From positions 1,696,001 through 1,760,000 of the forward strand of contig OZ244922.1 of NCBI GenBank assembly GCA_965221905.1: DNA of 64,000 bases. Reading direction: 5' to 3'. The notes under the pieces were generated by a model. That model worked only from the letters and a program-made list of their open reading frames with translations. It was not told where the DNA came from and did not search any database. This DNA comes from Chloroflexota bacterium. Lineage in GTDB: Bacteria > Chloroflexota > UBA11872 > VXOZ01. The first letter of the stretch is position 1; each line of letters starts with the position of its first letter. The translations under genes were made by a program, and so were the position numbers. Shown here piece after piece: positions 59,012 to 64,000 of the stretch.

Positions 59012-60997
59012 CTACGCATCGACGTACCGCCATATTGTGCCGCCCAGCGAGACGGCATACACCCCGTGGTCTGAGGCGTAGTTTGGCGAGACCAGCAAGG
59101 AGACGATTGCCTTATTGTCCAGCCCTTCGTTGATGTTCTTCCAGGTAAGGCCCTCATCACCGGACTTGTACACCCCCCGGCTGGTACCGGCATAGATGGT
59201 CGTATCTTGCTCGTAGTCGGGGGAAATAGCCAGACAGACCACCGCCGCCGTTGCCTCGCCGATGGCGTCGCCGACCCAGAGATTCTTGCCGCGCCACATG
59301 GGGCGGAAGAAACGCGTTGCCGTGGCAATGAAGAAGTTGCTGTAATCCTCATCGGAGCCGGAGTAGTTCGGTGGCATGGCGAAGCTAATCCACTGCGCTC
59401 CCGTCGCGTGGACGAGAATTCGCTTCCAAATCTCGCCGCCGTCGGCTGAATGCCAGACTGTAATCGTGCTCGCGTAGTCGCCTTGAGAGGCGCGGAACGT
59501 GCCTAGAAGCAACGTACTATCATCGGCGAAATTTGGCGAAAGAGTCACACCGATAACGTCTTCATCACCGAACGACTCTTCGGCGCGTTCCCAGGAACTG
59601 CCCGCATCGCGGCTAAAGTAGAGCGCGCCGCCCGGCCCTCCCGCGACGACGATGCGGTCTGTAGCAAAGCTATTCGATACCGCTAGTACGCGGAGGTCGT
59701 GCGCCTCTTCTTCTATGCCCTCGTTGCTTGCTTGCCAGCTTGTTCCGCAGTCTGCCGAAATTGCAATGCCTTGGTGGGTCGCTGCAAAGACCGTTGAGTC
59801 GTTTGCATAGTCCGGCGAGACCAAGAGCGAGGCAACTTGCATCTCCTCGATCCCCTCGCCGGCAGGTTCCCAAGACACTCCCTCGTCGGTTGACCGCAGA
59901 AGGCCGTCTTCGAGACTGGTAGCAAAGAGTGTCCCATCTTCGTGGCAGTTTGGCGAGAGCGCCGTGCCCAGCAACGACCGCGCTGCGAGGCCATCAACTG
60001 AATTCTCCCAATTTGCAGCATCGCCATGCGCGCGTATAACGCCCTCGCGATGAACGCCCGCCATGACGATGTCATCGTCGCTAGTGCCTGTAGTGAGTAG
60101 GCAGAGCACCGATGAATCTTGGTCGATGACGCTTTCCCACGTCGTTCCGCCGTCAGTTGAACGGCAGACCGATCCCTCTGCCGTGCCGGCATAGGCAAGA
60201 CTGTCTGCGGCAAAGTCCGGTGAGAGGCAGAGCGCATTTATCGATACGCTATCCAGCCCGTTGTTTGCTTCCTGCCAGTTGGTACCGCCATCCGTAGACT
60301 TGAAGACGCCCATGTCTTCAGTGCCGACCAAAACGGTGCGGTCCTCGGCAAAGTTTGGCGAAACGGCAATGGCTTGAATCGCCATGCTGTCGAGGCCCCT
60401 ATCCACCAAACGCCAGGCGCGTCCCTCATCCAGTGTCCGGTAGAGGCCGTCGCCTCCCGCCACGAATGCGGTTTGATCTTCCTCATAGTTCGGCGAGATA
60501 GCAACAGCTTGAATGCTGAGCTCCATGATTCCGAAGTTGGCGGAATTCCAGGTGCGGCCGCGGTTTGTGGACTTAAATATGCCGTCTTCCTGGGTGCCCG
60601 CCAGCATTACGCCGTCATCAGCAAAACTCGGCGAAACAGCGAGGCACGTAACCGAAGCGGCTCCTTGCCAGAAGTCGAGTTGCTGCCACGTTTCTCCACC
60701 GTTATCGGAGCGGTAAACGCCGCCCTCCAAGGCACCGGCAAAGGCGACCTCATGATTTGCAACGTTGGGCGCAAACACAAGAGCCTGGATATAGGGGCTC
60801 GTAATGCCTTCGTTGGAAATCTTCCAAGTTTTGCCCCTGTCTTCTGAGCAGAATACGCCGGCCATGGTGCCGGCCAGTACCAGGTTGTTCTCACTAAAGC
60901 TCGGCGAGACGGCAAGTGATGCAACCGTGCCACCAAGCCGCTGGCCCACAACCTCCCATGCTTGCTTTTCCATCACTGTCAGCCCGGACTTACTCAT
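59012..60997 (-). CDS. Large BNR/Asp-box (YCF48-like) double beta-propeller protein
   Basis: Many repeats of A.SP.F..D..(F/L)AG...G...S.DGG.TW; no signal peptide. Confidence 0.82.
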   Translation of the reverse strand: MSKSGLTVMEKQAWEVVGQRLGGTVASLAVSPSFSENNLVLAGTMAGVFCSEDRGKTWKISNEGITSPYIQALVFAPNVANHEVAFAGALEGGVYRSDNGGETWQQLDFWQGAASVTCLAVSPSFADDGVMLAGTQEDGIFKSTNRGRTWNSANFGIMELSIQAVAISPNYEEDQTAFVAGGDGLYRTLDEGRAWRLVDRGLDSMAIQAIAVSPNFAEDRTVLVGTEDMGVFKSTDGGTNWQEANNGLDSVSINALCLSPDFAADSLAYAGTAEGSVCRSTDGGTTWESVIDQDSSVLCLLTTGTSDDDIVMAGVHREGVIRAHGDAANWENSVDGLAARSLLGTALSPNCHEDGTLFATSLEDGLLRSTDEGVSWEPAGEGIEEMQVASLLVSPDYANDSTVFAATHQGIAISADCGTSWQASNEGIEEEAHDLRVLAVSNSFATDRIVVAGGPGGALYFSRDAGSSWERAEESFGDEDVIGVTLSPNFADDSTLLLGTFRASQGDYASTITVWHSADGGEIWKRILVHATGAQWISFAMPPNYSGSDEDYSNFFIATATRFFRPMWRGKNLWVGDAIGEATAAVVCLAISPDYEQDTTIYAGTSRGVYKSGDEGLTWKNINEGLDNKAIVSLLVSPNYASDHGVYAVSLGGTIWRYVDA

Positions 60998-61408
60998 CGA
61001 TGCTCCTTCCTGAACGAGTCACACTCATACTAAATTGAATAAGGCGTAGCGAAACCAGCTATTATTCTTGAGGAATGCTTATGCTCCTAATCCGCCGCAC
61101 GCGCCGTGCAGTCCTGCAAGGTACCGAATCTACGGCGCAAACAAAAAAGCACACCTAACCGACACCCCCGCACGGGGGCGCGAAAGATAATCTTCCATAT
61201 GCTACTGTAATGCTACCAGACCGACTAGACAATTACGAATTTGGCTGCCAGGCAACCTCACGCATTGCTAAACCGCTAGCAATTGTGGCATGTTTGTGCC
61301 GGTACTCCTTTAGTACCGAATAGCTACGGCTTTGCTTGCATTTGGCGCCGGGTTCCTAGTCCCCGTACAAGCAAGGGCTGCAATCTGTGCTTCGCGGTGG
61401 AGGTGGAG

Positions 61409-61561
61409 ATGCTGGCCAAGATTATGGCTGCCACGCTTGTAGGGCTGGATAGCGCCCAAGTTGAGGTAGAAGTTGATCTTGCTGACGGCCTGCCGATTAC
61501 GGTGGTTGGTGGCGTGCTCGCTGGCTGGGTATGGGACTTGATAATGCGGCCGCAGGCCTAG
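61409..61561 (+). pseudogene. Duplicated 5' fragment of comM/yifB with unrelated tail
   Basis: First 29 codons encode the same peptide as 63673-63759; strong RBS GGAGGTGGAG. Confidence 0.85.
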
Positions 61562-61788
61562 AGACGCACGCACAGAAATTGAGAAGAAAAAGAGGACCGG
61601 CCCTACTTGCGTCCAATTAGCCGTGCGAACATGTCGAGCACGGCATGCACGGGTCCGAATTACGTGAGTCCCGTTCTTTGCCGGGCTTCAGCAGCCTGCC
61701 TGGCGCACTTCACGCAGGTGCAGTAGGGCGGATGAGCCGCCCGCCGGTATGATCTGTCGTCTATGATGCAAAGTGTAAATCAACCTGG

Positions 61789-63387
61789 ATGAACCGTTTT
61801 CGAGCGGACCACGGGAGCGCCAACGTGAAGATATCCAACGTCAACACCACCGACATCAAGTCGGCGATCAAACTTGGTTGCCGGACGATGTCGAACGTGT
61901 TCAACGCCGACGACAACGACATCCCGTTCTTTGGTTCAGAGGTCCTTCCCAACCCCCGGCTCAGCTTCAGCAACGTCCACTCTGAGTCTCATGTGCCGGG
62001 CAGGCACCTGAACGCCCTGCTGAATGCCGAAGACGCGGCTGGCGTCTCGATCTCGGAAGAGGCGGTCGAAAAACACGCCGCAGCGGCCTTCTTCTCCTAC
62101 TCCGGCCCCGTGCCTCTGCCCATGAACCGCGACCGCGTGAACGGACCAATCGAGAACTTCAACGATCACAACGTGCGTGAGGGAATGCATGCTCTTTACG
62201 CCCTGGTCAAGTATCGAAACTCCGACATGGCGAGGGAAGTGGCCGAATCCAGCATCGAGTTCATTCTCGATGCGTGGGACCCGGTGGACGGCTGGGACCG
62301 CGAAGGGATTTCGGCGGCCCACGGCATTCGCTGGACCCGGCAGAACACATTCATTACGGGAGTCGCCCGCGCCATCGGCCCGCTGGTCAAGTACTTCCGG
62401 GCCACCGGCTCGGGCAAAGCGCTCGAACTGGCATCTCTCCTGGCCGAGAAGGCCACGTCCGAGTTCTACTTGCCGGACGGGTCGTATGACCGCGAGAAGT
62501 TCGGCACGCACACGCACTCGACGACCTGCGTCTTGTCCTCTCTCGCGCAGCTTGCGGACCTGACCGGCGACGCCGCACTCCTGGAGCGAGTACGGGCCTT
62601 TGCCGACAACGGGCTGTGGGCGATCCGCGACGAACTGGGCTGGGTGATCGAGAGCAGCGCCGACGACAGCCCGGCCGACAAGGGCGAGGGCAACAACACC
62701 GGCGACATCGTCGAAACAGACCTGATACTCGGCCGGCACGGATATCCCGGGTACTTCCAGGACGCCGAAAGGATACTACGCGGGCACCTGTTGCCGTCCC
62801 AACTTCGCGACGCGGATTTCATCCCCGAACCTGCCAATCCGGCAGACGAAGATGGTCTGAGAAGTGTGAGAGAACGGCACCTGGGAGCGTTTGGGTTTCC
62901 AGCGCCGTACGGCCACCGCCCGATTGGTCTCGAGCGGGTCAGCTTCAATATGGACATAGTCGGCGGAGTAGTCGGGACCCTCTGCGAAGTGCTCAGGGAG
63001 GGCGTCGTGACAGGGCCCGATGGCGTACGGGTGAACCTGCTGTTGGACCAGGACACGCCGGACGCGCGGGTGCAGGCGGGCGAATCGTCAGGCCGAGTGA
63101 GCGTGACGACCAGACACGCGGCGCCACTTTGGATCAGATTGCCGCGGTGGGCCGACAGGTCTGCGTTGCAAGTCAGTGGTACCGACGACTACCTGGTATT
63201 GGGAGAACACCTGTTCATTGCCCAACCTGATCCGGGTAAACCAATTTCACTGGAATACCCGGCGGCACGGACTGAAATTACGCTCGCTCACCGCACGCGC
63301 AACATCCGGACGGCTCTTGAAGGAGACGCGGTGGCGGCGATGGACAATTTCGGCGCTGAACTGACGTTTTTCGACCCGCTTCACTGA
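61789..63387 (+). CDS. Hypothetical protein, probable alpha/alpha barrel + beta sandwich (GH127-like architecture)
   Basis: 532-aa ORF with high-GC codon bias; HTHS, GVRVNL and LWIRLPRWA resemble GH127-type C-terminal region. Confidence 0.6.
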   Translation: MNRFRADHGSANVKISNVNTTDIKSAIKLGCRTMSNVFNADDNDIPFFGSEVLPNPRLSFSNVHSESHVPGRHLNALLNAEDAAGVSISEEAVEKHAAAAFFSYSGPVPLPMNRDRVNGPIENFNDHNVREGMHALYALVKYRNSDMAREVAESSIEFILDAWDPVDGWDREGISAAHGIRWTRQNTFITGVARAIGPLVKYFRATGSGKALELASLLAEKATSEFYLPDGSYDREKFGTHTHSTTCVLSSLAQLADLTGDAALLERVRAFADNGLWAIRDELGWVIESSADDSPADKGEGNNTGDIVETDLILGRHGYPGYFQDAERILRGHLLPSQLRDADFIPEPANPADEDGLRSVRERHLGAFGFPAPYGHRPIGLERVSFNMDIVGGVVGTLCEVLREGVVTGPDGVRVNLLLDQDTPDARVQAGESSGRVSVTTRHAAPLWIRLPRWADRSALQVSGTDDYLVLGEHLFIAQPDPGKPISLEYPAARTEITLAHRTRNIRTALEGDAVAAMDNFGAELTFFDPLH

Positions 63388-63672
63388 CTGTGACACGTTG
63401 GCTTCGGCTGCGGGCCGACAGCGCGCAACATTCCTTCGGCGGATCAAATGTTCGATTAGTGCCGGAGACGGCAGTTTCCGCCGTTTGGGGGCGAAATTGC
63501 TTCTAGTTGGGCAGGCGCTTCCCTCGAAGGGACTATGCACCATTGACATCGGCGATATGCGGCAGAGAGCGCCGACGTAGCCATTTGCTTCATTCCTTGC
63601 TTACGTGTACAAGTCTCCGTACCTTTAGTGATGCATGTGTAAGACTGATTTAGCTGGACACTAGGATTCGGT

Positions 63673-64000
63673 ATGCTCGCCAAGATTATGGCTGCCACGC
63701 TTGTAGGGCTGGATAGCGCCCAAGTCGAGGTAGAAGTAGATCTCGCCGACGGTCTCCCCTCATTTGTCATTGTCGGCTTGCCCGACACGGCTGTGCAGGA
63801 AGCGCGAGAACGGGTGCGCGCTGCTGTGCGCAACTCAGGCTTTGTCTTTCCACAGAAACGGGTAACGGTCAATCTCGCGCCGGCGGACGTAGCAAAGGAA
63901 GGCACCGGGCTCGAAGTCGCCATTGCCATCGGAATTCTCGTTGCCAGCGGTCAATTAGCTGCAGAAGGATTGGAAGAGTCGCTATTCCTTGGCGAATTGG
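63673..64000 (+). CDS. comM: YifB/ComM Mg-chelatase-like AAA ATPase, 3'-truncated by window edge
   Basis: VEVEVD...GLP.F.IVGLPD.AV.E.RERVR.A..NSG..FP..RVTVNLAPAD..KEG. Confidence 0.95.
   Translation, partial: MLAKIMAATLVGLDSAQVEVEVDLADGLPSFVIVGLPDTAVQEARERVRAAVRNSGFVFPQKRVTVNLAPADVAKEGTGLEVAIAIGILVASGQLAAEGLEESLFLGEL

Overview
64-kb bacterial window of moderately high GC. Tat-lipoprotein style and REP families suggest Chloroflexota (inference only). I found no rRNA, tRNA or CRISPR array. From the left: a small defence cluster (partial OLD-type ABC-ATPase/TOPRIM nuclease, AAA ATPase plus TOPRIM-like DUF3226-type partner, Phd-VapC); an imuB-dnaE2-SRAP mutagenesis cassette without imuA; catabolic genes; six ABC-export genes; a lower-GC DUF262+HEPN pair beside an orphan amidase-holin; an RND pump, mazEF and a Bae/Cpx-like two-component system; then ispG, thrB, ade, hpt, an AlkZ-like glycosylase and comM. 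The most unusual features are: (1) a ~9.3-kb array of four paralogous Tat-lipoprotein solute-binding proteins interleaved with two TM-BON-Zn-ribbon-RDD membrane proteins and no ABC permease or ATPase; (2) one 18-bp mini-hairpin repeat family inserted in frame at three places in dnaE2, with a compensatory stem change; (3) an 87-bp duplicate of the comM 5' end, differing only synonymously, bracketing one cargo gene. All protein family calls are from motif recognition by eye, not database searches.
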